DNA of 64,000 nucleotides. It comes from Nitrospirota bacterium. GTDB lineage: Bacteria; Nitrospirota; Thermodesulfovibrionia; Thermodesulfovibrionales; JdFR-88. Within the stretch, counting starts at the first letter, position 1. Each line of letters opens with the position of its first letter. Location of the stretch: assembly GCA_021813405.1 (NCBI GenBank), contig JAKAKS010000024.1, forward strand, positions 53,642 through 117,641, given 5' to 3'. Made by a program: the position numbers and the translations under genes. The notes beneath the pieces are model-generated. The model saw only the letters and a list, made by a program, of their open reading frames with translations, was not told the DNA's origin and ran no database searches. Positions 25,266 to 34,435 of this stretch are shown piece by piece.

Positions 25266-26006
25266 GTGCCGCTTAAAGGACAGACCGCTTTGGTAACAGG
25301 CGGAACAAGAGGAATCGGCAGGGCGATTGCCGAAGATCTTGCCCGCATGGGGGCCAATGTTGCAATAGGGTCCCGGAACCTGGCTGATGCCCAGGAAGTA
25401 GCCGCCGCTATAGCCGCCACTGGTGTTAAGGCAAGGGGCTACGGCATGGACGTCTCCAGCGCATCGGATGTAGAGGCGGCGTTTGGTGCGATAAAGGCCG
25501 ATTTTGAAAGACTGGATATACTTGTAAATAATGCTGGCATCACAAAGGACGGGCTGCTGATACGCATGGCCCCTGAGGACTGGGACGCCGTGATAAACGT
25601 GAACCTGAAGAGCGTATTTCTCTGCTCCAGGGAAGCGGTAAAGATGATGTCCAGGCAGCGTTACGGCAGGATAGTAAACATCTCTTCCGTGGTGGCCTTC
25701 ACAGGCAACCCCGGCCAGGTGAATTACAGCGCATCCAAGGCAGGGATGGTGGGGCTTACAAAGACCATAGCCAAGGAATACGCGAGCAGAGGCATAACGG
25801 TAAACGCCGTGGCCCCTGGCTTCATAGAAACGGCAATGACTGATAAATTGTCCGGCGATGTCAAAAAACAGATGCTTGCAGCCATCCCGGCAAACAAATT
25901 CGGCACCGTTGCCGACGTGGCGGCGGCCGTGAGCTTTCTCTGCTCGCCTGGCGCCGGTTATATTACCGGCCACGTGATTCACGTAAACGGCGGCATGTAC
26001 ATGTAA
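25266..26006 (+). CDS. fabG: 3-oxoacyl-ACP reductase
   Basis: [16 protein letters not shown] and YSASKAG motifs. GTG start preceded by AGGAGGGGGAGG. Confidence 0.9.
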   Translation: MPLKGQTALVTGGTRGIGRAIAEDLARMGANVAIGSRNLADAQEVAAAIAATGVKARGYGMDVSSASDVEAAFGAIKADFERLDILVNNAGITKDGLLIRMAPEDWDAVINVNLKSVFLCSREAVKMMSRQRYGRIVNISSVVAFTGNPGQVNYSASKAGMVGLTKTIAKEYASRGITVNAVAPGFIETAMTDKLSGDVKKQMLAAIPANKFGTVADVAAAVSFLCSPGAGYITGHVIHVNGGMYM

Positions 26007-26052
26007 GGCCTGCTGGCCCGCCGAAAAAAAACTAAAGGAGGAAACAGGGCAG

Positions 26053-26286
26053 ATGACTGAACAGAAGGTAAAGGAGATAATAGCCAAGCAGCTTGGCGTG
26101 GATATGGCGGAAGTGAAGCCGGAGGCCTCTTTTGTGGAGGACCTGGGCGCGGACTCCCTGGACACCGTGGAGCTGGTTATGGCCTTTGAGGAAGGTTTCG
26201 ATATCGAGATACCGGACGAGGACGCCGAGAAGATCGCCAAAGTCCAGGACGCGGTAGATTACATAAAAAAGAAAAAGGGTGAATGA
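26053..26286 (+). CDS. acpP: Acyl carrier protein
   Basis: [12 protein letters not shown] phosphopantetheine site; 77 aa. Confidence 0.95.
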   Translation: MTEQKVKEIIAKQLGVDMAEVKPEASFVEDLGADSLDTVELVMAFEEGFDIEIPDEDAEKIAKVQDAVDYIKKKKGE

Positions 26287-27524
26287 AAAGAAGGGTTGTT
26301 ATCACAGGCCTTGGCGTAGTCTCGCCTCTGGGCATAGGAATGGAGGCAACCTGGAAGGGGCTTATGGAAGGCCGTTCCGGGGTGGGGCCGCTTACTGCCT
26401 TTGACGCCTCGCAATTCCCCACCCGGATAGCCGCCGAGGTGAAGGGGTTTGTCCCGGAAGACTACATAGAGCCCAAAGAGGTCAAGAAGACAGACCGGTT
26501 TATCCAGCTTGCCGTTGCTGCGGCCACCATGGCCGTTGATGATTCCGGCCTGGTTATAGAAGGCCCGATGGCCGAGAGGGTAGGGGTGACAGTGGGCTCC
26601 GGCATGGGAGGCCTGCCCGCCATAGAGCATTATCACAGGATTTACATGGAAAAAGGCCCCAAGCGGATAAGCCCCTTTTTCATCCCGATGCTCATAATCA
26701 ACCTGGCCAGCGGCCTTGTCTCTATAAAATTTGGCGCAAAAGGGCCTAATTCCTCGGTTGTTACCGCCTGCGCATCGGGAAGCCACTCTATTGGCGATGC
26801 CTACAGAATGATTCAGTACGGCGACGCCGACGTGATGATCGCCGGAGGCACGGAATCCTGCATTACCCAGCTTGGCATTGGCGGTTTCAACGCGATGAAG
26901 GCCCTTTCTACAAGGAATGACGAGCCGCAAAAAGCCTCCAGGCCTTTTGACACCGGCAGGGACGGGTTCATAATGGGCGAAGGCGCAGGGGTGATGATCC
27001 TTGAAGAGATGGAATACGCCGTTAAGAGGGGAGCGCGCATCTACGCCGAGATTGCCGGTTTCGGGATGAGCGGCGACGCATACCATATTACGTCGCCGGC
27101 CCCAAGCGGGGAAGGCGCGGCCAGGTGCATGGGCAACGCCCTGCGGGATGCCGGCGCAAGGCCCGAAGAAGTGGACTACATAAACGCGCACGGCACCTCA
27201 ACAAAGCAGGGTGACGAACTTGAGACGTCAGCAATCAAAAAAGTATTTGGGGCCCAGGCATACAAGATACCGGTGAGCTCAACAAAATCCATGACCGGGC
27301 ATCTGCTTGGCGCGGCCGGCGGCGTGGAAGCCGCCATATGCGTGATGAGCATGAAAAATTCAATTGTGCCTCCAACCATCAACCTGGACAACCAGGACCC
27401 GGAATGCGATCTCGACTATGTGCCGCACAAGGCCCGTCCGCATACGGTGAACTGCGCGGTTTCCAACTCCTTCGGCTTTGGCGGGACCAACGCGTGCCTT
27501 GTCTTCAGGAAATTTGAAGCCTGA
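26283..27524 (+). CDS. fabF: 3-oxoacyl-ACP synthase II
   Basis: Active-site [10 protein letters not shown], plus HGTST and GHLLGAAG motifs. Confidence 0.9.
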   Translation: MKRRVVITGLGVVSPLGIGMEATWKGLMEGRSGVGPLTAFDASQFPTRIAAEVKGFVPEDYIEPKEVKKTDRFIQLAVAAATMAVDDSGLVIEGPMAERVGVTVGSGMGGLPAIEHYHRIYMEKGPKRISPFFIPMLIINLASGLVSIKFGAKGPNSSVVTACASGSHSIGDAYRMIQYGDADVMIAGGTESCITQLGIGGFNAMKALSTRNDEPQKASRPFDTGRDGFIMGEGAGVMILEEMEYAVKRGARIYAEIAGFGMSGDAYHITSPAPSGEGAARCMGNALRDAGARPEEVDYINAHGTSTKQGDELETSAIKKVFGAQAYKIPVSSTKSMTGHLLGAAGGVEAAICVMSMKNSIVPPTINLDNQDPECDLDYVPHKARPHTVNCAVSNSFGFGGTNACLVFRKFEA

Positions 27525-28194
27525 TATCCAGGAGACACTGGGTTATCATTTCCGGGACGCCCAGCTTCTGGCCCGCGCCCTTACACACAGCTCCTGGGCC
27601 GGCGAAAGGAAAAAAAAGGCCGCCGATAACGAGCGGCTTGAGTGCCTTGGGGACTCCGTGCTCCAGCTTGTGCTTACCGAACACCTTTACAGGAAGGGAC
27701 TTTCCGAGGTGCAGATTTCGCGCATCAGGGCAGGACGGGTAAGGGGGACGGAACTGGCCAGGGCCGCCGCGGAGCTTTCGCTTGGGGATTATATAAAGCT
27801 TGGCAAGGGCGAGGAAGAAACCGGCGGCAGGAAGAAAACATCCATACTTGCGGGGGCGCTGGAGGCCGTTATCGGGGCCGTATACCTGGACGGAGGCTAC
27901 GACGCGGCCTGGCAATTCATTATCGGGCTTCTGGGCCCCGGCACCGAGGCGGCCATAAATACCGGCGGGCTGGCGGACCCCAAGACCATACTTCAGGAGT
28001 TCTGCCAGAAAAAATACGGCCTGCTGCCCAGGTACAAGCTGCTGGAAGAGGGCGGCATGGAGCATGAAAAATTTTTTGTGTCCGGGGTCTACATAGAAAA
28101 CAGGCTTTACGGCAAGGGGCGGGGCCGCACAAAGAAAAGCGCCGAGGCCATGGCGGCCGGCGAGGCCCTTAAAACGCTGGAAGGCGAAAAATAG
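27514..28194 (+). CDS. rnc: Ribonuclease III
   Basis: ERLECLGDSVL signature and a C-terminal dsRBD. I prefer the TTG at 27514 ([13 protein letters not shown]) over the 27478 start inside fabF. The start is uncertain. Confidence 0.85.
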   Translation: MKPDIQETLGYHFRDAQLLARALTHSSWAGERKKKAADNERLECLGDSVLQLVLTEHLYRKGLSEVQISRIRAGRVRGTELARAAAELSLGDYIKLGKGEEETGGRKKTSILAGALEAVIGAVYLDGGYDAAWQFIIGLLGPGTEAAINTGGLADPKTILQEFCQKKYGLLPRYKLLEEGGMEHEKFFVSGVYIENRLYGKGRGRTKKSAEAMAAGEALKTLEGEK

Positions 28195-28195
28195 A

Positions 28196-28235
28196 AATAA
28201 AAAAGCCGCAAGAACCCAATTTGTTTCCTGCGGCT
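28196..28235 (-). terminator. Rho-independent terminator of the ferredoxin gene
   Basis: On the minus strand: AGCCGCA, an 18-nt loop, TGCGGCT, then TTTTTTATT. It begins 12 nt after the stop codon. Confidence 0.55.
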
Positions 28236-28246
28236 GGCCTTGAAAC

Positions 28247-28432
28247 TTAATCGGTAAGCGTTATTGCCTCTACCGGGCAGATGCCGGCGGCCGCTTCGCA
28301 GTCGCAGCTGTCGCACCCCTCGGGGTTGATAACGTATGCCTTGTCGTTTTTAAGCTCGAAGACATTCGGGCAAATCTCAACGCAAGAGCCGCATCCTACG
28401 CAAGTGTCCTCGTCGACAACGGGTTTCTTCAT
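28247..28432 (-). CDS. Small single-cluster [4Fe-4S]/[3Fe-4S] ferredoxin
   Basis: CVGCGSCVEICP ... CDCEAAAGICP; 61 aa. Confidence 0.85.
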   Translation of the reverse strand: MKKPVVDEDTCVGCGSCVEICPNVFELKNDKAYVINPEGCDSCDCEAAAGICPVEAITLTD

Positions 28433-28550
28433 TGAACGCTCCTTTTAAGGTTGCCGCTTTTATTGGTGGTTGTCCGACTCCCGGCGGGACAAACCCCTTT
28501 TCCTATTCTAGCATTTTTAAGTGGAAGGGAAATCCGGCATTGCAGGGGGG

Positions 28551-30164
28551 CTATTTGTCCAGAAGTGCAAGCGCGTCCTGCCGGAAGAAGAACCCGATTG
28601 TGCGCCTGGCGGCAAGCGCCTGCCGGGCGGAAGCCATTGCCTGCTGTTTCTGCCCAAGGCAGGCGTATATCTTGCCCTGAAGGCAATACACATCCGAAAT
28701 TCCCAGCATGTCCAGAGCGCGTACGCTGCGCAGCGCGTCACCGCACATTCCCCTGTTGTACAGGTAAAGCGCATCGAAGAACGGGGTGGCGAAATTATAA
28801 CTGGGGTCCAGCCGTCCGGCGGCGGCAAAGCGGCCCATCGCGCGGCCATACCGGCCGTTCTGGAAGTAGATGTTTCCAAGGAAATAATTCAGGCGGGCTG
28901 AACTGGGGTTTACCCTCAGCCCGGCCTCGGCAAGCGTGGAGCCTGCCTTCCAGTCGAAATTGCGCTCAAACGATATGTACGAATAGGCAAGCAACAGGCA
29001 GATCGGCAGTATCGGGGCGGCCCTTCGCAGAACGCCTTTTTTCTCCGCCGCAAGGTCCATAATTTTTCCTATGGCCCAGGCAGCCGCAATGCAGAACCCG
29101 GCAGAAGGGATGAACAGGTATCTCTCGGCTACTGCGGCCGGCTGGTCTATCAGCCCGGAAACCGGAAGCAGGGATGCAAGCGTCAACGCCGCGCCGAAGG
29201 TTGGCGCGGGCGCTTTTTTTCTGAATGCCAGTGCCAGTGCAACGATAGCAAGCAGAAGAGCAAGGCGCAAACCCCCAGGCGCAGAAAGGATGGAAGACGG
29301 CCTGAGCATGTCGTCATGCCAGAGCGTGAGCGGGTAGGGGACAACCAGTATTTTGAGGTATTCAACGATGGCGGCAAGGAACACCGGGATTCTGGACGCA
29401 ATGCTGGACGGGGGGGCGACCACACCGGCTTTTGACGCCACAATAAAGTTCAAAGCCGCAATTGCCAAAGTCACAATGAAGAAAGGTACAAGGCGAAACA
29501 CCGGCTTGCGCCACCAGGATTTTTGGCCGCCGCTGGAACCCCATATTTCAATGAATGTGATTGCCGCGGGAAATACTATCGCGGTGGTTTTGGAAAGCAG
29601 CGCCAGCACGCAAGACGCAAGTGACAGCGCGTAATACGCCTTGCCATTTTTACCCATGGCGGACTTCAGGTAAAACCCCATTGCAAGGAAGAAGAAGAGC
29701 CCGGAGAGCGCGTCTTTTGTCTGCGCAATCCCGGCCACCGATTCCACGTGCGCCGGGTGGGTTGCAAAGAGCAGGGCGGCAATGAGCGCAAGCCCTTCCT
29801 GCCCGGCGCGCCACCTTTTCAGCAAGAGCAGAACGGCCCAGTAGAATGCCAGGCATGAGGCCACGTAAATAAGCACATTGGTAAGGTGGTAGCCAAACGG
29901 TGCAAGCCCCCACAAATCGTAATCAATCATGTAAATCAAATCCCGCACGGGAAGGTATTCAAGGCCGTTTGGAACGGAGGTGAATACGGCCTTCAGATGC
30001 GCAACAGACAGCCCATGGACAGCCGGGTTGTTTATGATCAGCTCCGGCTCGTCGAACGCGAAATTGTTTGGCAGCGAATTAACATAAAGCCCGAATGCAA
30101 CCAGTGCTATCAGGAAGGCAAACAGAAAACGTCTTTTATAAGTAATGCCTGCCGCGTATTCCAA
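28551..30164 (-). CDS. Polytopic membrane protein of GT-C/PMT (TMTC-like) type with C-terminal TPR repeats
   Basis: About 10 TM segments, an N-terminal YVNSLPNNFAFDEPELIINNP loop, and TPR-like C-terminal repeats (NYFLGNIYFQNGRYGRAMGRF ...). Confidence 0.55.
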   Translation of the reverse strand: MEYAAGITYKRRFLFAFLIALVAFGLYVNSLPNNFAFDEPELIINNPAVHGLSVAHLKAVFTSVPNGLEYLPVRDLIYMIDYDLWGLAPFGYHLTNVLIYVASCLAFYWAVLLLLKRWRAGQEGLALIAALLFATHPAHVESVAGIAQTKDALSGLFFFLAMGFYLKSAMGKNGKAYYALSLASCVLALLSKTTAIVFPAAITFIEIWGSSGGQKSWWRKPVFRLVPFFIVTLAIAALNFIVASKAGVVAPPSSIASRIPVFLAAIVEYLKILVVPYPLTLWHDDMLRPSSILSAPGGLRLALLLAIVALALAFRKKAPAPTFGAALTLASLLPVSGLIDQPAAVAERYLFIPSAGFCIAAAWAIGKIMDLAAEKKGVLRRAAPILPICLLLAYSYISFERNFDWKAGSTLAEAGLRVNPSSARLNYFLGNIYFQNGRYGRAMGRFAAAGRLDPSYNFATPFFDALYLYNRGMCGDALRSVRALDMLGISDVYCLQGKIYACLGQKQQAMASARQALAARRTIGFFFRQDALALLDK

Positions 30165-30188
30165 TCCCGGAAAATAACAGAAAAACCG

Positions 30189-30356
30189 CTATTTTTTCAA
30201 ATTGTTATTTCCATCTGCGTGAATGTCCCCGTTTTCAGAGGCCGTTATCAGGCTGTCCCCAAACTGGCCGACAAAGGCGGCCTGGGTAATAATAAGCTGG
30301 AGCGGAAATACAAGGATTAGCAACGCGAAGCCGGTCTTTGAATTGCGGATTGCCAT
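30189..30356 (-). CDS. Possible small secreted/membrane peptide (55 aa) upstream of the TPR/GT-C gene
   Basis: ATG preceded by AGGGGGG. Hydrophobic N-terminus MAIRNSKTGFALLILVFPLQLIITQAAF. It is below the ORF-track size cutoff and has no homology support. Confidence 0.25.
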   Translation of the reverse strand: MAIRNSKTGFALLILVFPLQLIITQAAFVGQFGDSLITASENGDIHADGNNNLKK

Positions 30357-30477
30357 TTGGCCCCCCTTGCGGCGGCTTTAAATATATTATGTGTGCCCCG
30401 GCGGCAAAGTAAACCTTCAATGTGTTAGAATTTTGTGTTTTCCCCATTTTCCCGGATTGGAGGACATTTAAAAGACA

Positions 30478-31659
30478 ATGTTATCTCAAAGAGCAAGGGA
30501 CATAAAGCCCTCCCCCACGCTTGCCATAGATTCCAAGGCGAAGGCGATGAAGGCCGAAGGCCATGACGTAATAAGTTTCGGCGTGGGTGAGCCGGATTTC
30601 GATACCCCCGAAAACGTTAAAGAGGCTGCGATAAAAGCGATAAAGGACGGGTTTACAAAATATACGGCTGTTGGCGGCATAGACAAGCTTAAGGACGCCA
30701 TTATCGCCAAGCTTGAAAAGGACAACGGGCTTAAATACGCAAGAAACGAGATAATCGTTTCCTGCGGTGCAAAACACAGCCTTTATAACATAATGCAGGC
30801 CCTGCTTGGCCCTGGCGACGAGGTGATAATACCCTCGCCTTATTGGGTGAGCTATCCGGAGCAGGTTTCGCTGGCCGGGGCAACACCGGTTTTTGTAAGG
30901 ACTACGGAGCAGCAGGGTTTCATGCTCACCCCGGAGGCGTTTGAAAAAGCTGTTACGCCCAAAACCAAGGCGCTGATTCTGAACTCGCCGTCCAACCCAA
31001 CCGGTTTTGCATACGACCGACCGGCGCTTGAAAAGATAGCCAGGATTGCTGTAAGGAAAAACATTTACATCATATCGGACGAGATATACGAAAAGCTGGT
31101 CTATGATGGCACTCAGCACATAAGCATAGCGTCACTGGGCGAAGATATAAAGGCAATGGCTATCGTGGTCAACGGCGTTTCCAAATCCCACGCGATGACC
31201 GGCTGGCGGATAGGCTACGCGGCGGGGCCGGCACAGCTTGTAAAGGCGATGACGTCCATTCAAAGCCAGTCCACATCAAACCCCACATCCATTGCCCAGA
31301 TGGCCGCCGTGGAGGCACTTACCGGCCCGCAGGACTCTGTGCTGAAGATGGCCGCGGAATTCGATAAAAGACGGATAAGGTTATGGGAAGGGCTGAACTC
31401 CATTCCTGGATTCGAATGCCGGAAGCCCAACGGCGCTTTCTACGCCTTCCCCAAGACAAGCGCGCTGTACGGCAAATCGCCGGAGATAAGCTCGTCCTCC
31501 AAGCTTGCCATGCTTTTGCTGGAAAAGGCGATGGTGGCCGTTGTCCCCGGCGACGCGTTTGGAGATGACGATTATATAAGGCTTTCCTACGCCACTTCCA
31601 TGAAGGACATAGACCGCGGCCTTGAAAGGATAAGAAAGACCCTGGAGCCGTTTGCCTGA
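30478..31659 (+). CDS. Class I PLP-dependent aminotransferase (aspartate aminotransferase-like)
   Basis: SKSHAMTGWRIGY PLP-lysine motif and NSPSNPTG motif. Confidence 0.85.
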   Translation: MLSQRARDIKPSPTLAIDSKAKAMKAEGHDVISFGVGEPDFDTPENVKEAAIKAIKDGFTKYTAVGGIDKLKDAIIAKLEKDNGLKYARNEIIVSCGAKHSLYNIMQALLGPGDEVIIPSPYWVSYPEQVSLAGATPVFVRTTEQQGFMLTPEAFEKAVTPKTKALILNSPSNPTGFAYDRPALEKIARIAVRKNIYIISDEIYEKLVYDGTQHISIASLGEDIKAMAIVVNGVSKSHAMTGWRIGYAAGPAQLVKAMTSIQSQSTSNPTSIAQMAAVEALTGPQDSVLKMAAEFDKRRIRLWEGLNSIPGFECRKPNGAFYAFPKTSALYGKSPEISSSSKLAMLLLEKAMVAVVPGDAFGDDDYIRLSYATSMKDIDRGLERIRKTLEPFA

Positions 31660-32249
31660 GGTGCCTTATCCCGATACGCTTCTCTTGCGGGAATGACAAG
31701 GCGGTTGCGGTTGAGGGCTTCGTCCAGGAAGTGAAACGTTTGCGGGCGCTTACATTTTTAGTATGATACGCCCTGATGTTCGCACCGCTACAAGGTCCGC
31801 TGACTCACATTTTCTGGTTTAAACTAGCGAGCTCGGCCTATATTAAGCGTACACAAAATAGCCAAGGAGCCCCGTGAAAAGACCTCCGCGCTTGTCGAGG
31901 CCATAAGGTCGCGCTTTGGCGGCAAGCACCTTCTTTTGGCCGGCCATATCCTAAACACTATTACGGATTCAAATATAGGCAACGCCTCACTTAAGGACAA
32001 GGTGCTTTGCGCCGCCATTCTGACCGGTAAGGTAATGCAAATGGGGTTTGACCTTGCAGCCGGAGAACCGGTAAGAACTGTGCAAGTGGAAGCCGGCGCG
32101 TTCACGCAGAGTGAACAGGAAAATCATGATAACCATTCGTAAGTACACGCAAATCCGGAACTGGCGTGAACGCATATAAAAAGGGCGGAAAAGTAAGCCC
32201 GCTTTACCTTCAGTAATTATTTTGGGCAGCAGTGATGTAAACTAAAAAT

Positions 32250-33176
32250 ATGACCGATTCGCCATACCGCTCCGGTTTTGTCTCGATAACCGGCAGGCCC
32301 AATGTGGGCAAGTCCACACTGTTAAACACGATGCTGGGGCAGAAAATATCAATTGTCACCAGCAAGCCCCAGACCACAAGAAACAGGATAACCGGCATCA
32401 AGACCCTGCCGGGCGCGCAGATAGTGTTCATAGACAGCCCCGGCATCCACAACCCCGTATCCAGATACGGCGATATGATGGTGCGCGAGGCCCGCGAGGC
32501 CGTAAGCGGCGTGGATATAGTGCTTCTGGTGGTAAACCCTGTTGTCCCCGGCCCCAGGGACCTGGAGATTATAAAGTTCCTTGGCAAGGCGGCAAAATCG
32601 GTGCCCGTGTTTCTTGTTGTAAATAAAGTGGACTCGGTAAGCAAGCCAAAACTGCTGCCCGTTATCGATGAGTATTCAAAGGCGTTTGAATTTGCGGAGG
32701 TAATCCCCATATCCGCCCTTAAAGGCGACGGCGTGGAGCTTTTGCTGGAAAAGATCGCCTCCCGGCTGCCGGAAGGCCCGATGCAGTACCCTGATGACAT
32801 GGTTACGGACCGTCTTGAAAGATTCATGGTTTCTGAGATAATCAGGGAGAAAGTAATGGAGCTGACGGAACAGGAAGTGCCCCATTCCGTTGCCGTGGAC
32901 GTGGTTGTCTGGGAGGAATCCCCAGCCGGTCATGAGGGAAAGGGATTGGACAATCCCAGGGGGCGCGTACGCATAGGCGCCGATATCTGGGTGGAGCGGG
33001 ACAGCCAAAAAGGTATTATAATAGGAAAAGGCGGCCAGCGTTTGAAGTCCATAGGCACATCGGCCCGGGCGGAGATCGAAAAACTGCTTGATTCCAGGGT
33101 GCATCTGGACCTGTGGGTGAAGCTGAAAAAAGACTGGCGCTACGATCTTAAGGCCATTCGTGAACTAGGCATCTGA
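32250..33176 (+). CDS. era: GTPase Era
   Basis: GRPNVGKSTLLN, DSPG and NKVD motifs, with a C-terminal KH domain (IIIGKGGQRLKSIG). Confidence 0.9.
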   Translation: MTDSPYRSGFVSITGRPNVGKSTLLNTMLGQKISIVTSKPQTTRNRITGIKTLPGAQIVFIDSPGIHNPVSRYGDMMVREAREAVSGVDIVLLVVNPVVPGPRDLEIIKFLGKAAKSVPVFLVVNKVDSVSKPKLLPVIDEYSKAFEFAEVIPISALKGDGVELLLEKIASRLPEGPMQYPDDMVTDRLERFMVSEIIREKVMELTEQEVPHSVAVDVVVWEESPAGHEGKGLDNPRGRVRIGADIWVERDSQKGIIIGKGGQRLKSIGTSARAEIEKLLDSRVHLDLWVKLKKDWRYDLKAIRELGI

Positions 33177-33191
33177 AAGAAGGCAAAAAAC

Positions 33192-33647
33192 ATGGCCCTG
33201 AAGGAAATGAAGGTTGAGGGGCTCCTGTTCGACCCCAGAAGCAATATGTACATTCTGCTTTTGCGGGAAGTGGACGGCGCGGCCACGCTGCCTATATGGA
33301 TAGGCAAACCGGAGGCGGATTCCATCGCGCTGGCCCTTGGCAAGGTGATGACCCCGCGCCCGCTCACGCACGACCTGATCAGAAACCTTATAGAAAACCT
33401 GAAGGTGAAGGTCACAAGGATAGTTATTACGGACCTGCTTGAAAACACGTATTACGCCCTTATTTACTTAAACGACGGCAAAAGGGAGACCCCTGTTGAT
33501 TCCAGGCCCTCCGACGCTGTTGCCGTCGCCCTTCGCGCTAACGCGCCCGTCTTTGTGGACGACAGCATCCTGGAGCTGAGGAACGCGGACGAACTTGAGG
33601 AATGGCTGAAAAACCTTAAGCCCGAGGACTTCGGCAACATAATGTAG
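33192..33647 (+). CDS. Bifunctional nuclease (BFN/DUF151) family protein
   Basis: LPIWIGKPEADSIALAL ... PRPLTHDL ... DSRPSDAVAVAL pattern. Confidence 0.75.
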   Translation: MALKEMKVEGLLFDPRSNMYILLLREVDGAATLPIWIGKPEADSIALALGKVMTPRPLTHDLIRNLIENLKVKVTRIVITDLLENTYYALIYLNDGKRETPVDSRPSDAVAVALRANAPVFVDDSILELRNADELEEWLKNLKPEDFGNIM

Positions 33648-33664
33648 GGCAGACTGCCGCAAAA

Positions 33665-34420
33665 ATGCTCCGGCGCACGGAAGGCATTGTTTTACGAAGC
33701 CGCCCCTTCGGGGAGGCGGACCTCATTCTGGAATATCTAACAAAAGATTACGGCATCCGCTGCGTGCTGGCCAAAAGCCCAAGGAAGATAAAGAGCAGGT
33801 TTGGCGGCAGCCTGGAGCCTTTTACCCATGCCGCAATTTCCATGATGGGCAAGGAGGATGCGGCACTTCCAAGGCTAACGCAATCCGATATCATCAGGCC
33901 TTTCCAGGATTTGCGCGAGGACACGGCGGCCTTTGTAAACGCCTGCGAATTTGCGGAGCTTGCCATGCGGCTCTTTCCGGAACGCGAACCTTGCGCCCCG
34001 GTTTTCGATCTGCTGCTGTGGGCGCTCTCCGCCCTTGAGGCCCCTCTTAAAAAAAATGGCGGGCCCCTCCTGCCTGAGGCCGTTGCAATGGCCGTTTTCA
34101 GGATAAGGGCGCTTGCACTGTCAGGCTATGCCCCCTCGCTTAACGGCTGTACGCGGTGCGGCAAGGGATCTCTGCGGTATTATCCCAGAAGCGGAGGTGT
34201 TTTCTGCTCTTCAGCTTGCGCGGGTATTTATGACCAGGCTAATCCACATATGGAACTTTCCCCTGCGCTGCCCGGCCTGTATGCAAGCCTTGGCGGCTGG
34301 CCTTTGGAAAAGGTGCCGCGTATTAGACCATCCGCCCCGCTCCAAAGCGAACTGGAAAGGTTTATATCCGTGCACCTGAGGGAGCGTGTTTCCCCGGTGG
34401 TCAAAAGGCCTGGGAAATAA
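33665..34420 (+). CDS. recO: DNA repair protein RecO
   Basis: OB-fold N-terminus (TEGIVLRSRPFGEADLIL), a CTRCG zinc motif, and the era-recO neighbourhood. Confidence 0.8.
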   Translation: MLRRTEGIVLRSRPFGEADLILEYLTKDYGIRCVLAKSPRKIKSRFGGSLEPFTHAAISMMGKEDAALPRLTQSDIIRPFQDLREDTAAFVNACEFAELAMRLFPEREPCAPVFDLLLWALSALEAPLKKNGGPLLPEAVAMAVFRIRALALSGYAPSLNGCTRCGKGSLRYYPRSGGVFCSSACAGIYDQANPHMELSPALPGLYASLGGWPLEKVPRIRPSAPLQSELERFISVHLRERVSPVVKRPGK

Positions 34421-34435
34421 GGTTTTGGGAAAAAA

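Noticed and set aside
25245-27191. 331-aa and 310-aa minus-strand ORFs (25245-26240 and 26259-27191)
   Set aside because: They are antisense to fabG and fabF, both of which are unambiguous. These are shadow ORFs.
27478-27513. Longer rnc start inside fabF
   Set aside because: It would add a non-conserved Ala/Arg-rich N-terminus overlapping fabF by 47 nt. The TTG at 27514 reproduces the usual RNase III N-terminus spacing before the ERLExLGD motif.
30235-30447. 70-aa minus-strand ORF upstream of the TPR/GT-C gene
   Set aside because: It has no Shine-Dalgarno sequence and an odd composition. A different frame holds a more plausible, though still weak, 55-codon ORF.
31660-32249. RNase P RNA, tmRNA or 6S RNA in the aminotransferase-era gap
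   Set aside because: GGTAAGG- and CGGTAAGA-like strings are present. The universal RNase P core (GGAAAGTCC) is not, and neither is a tRNA-like 3' end (GGTTCGA...CCA) or a tag-peptide frame, on either strand. Kept only as an unexplained gap.
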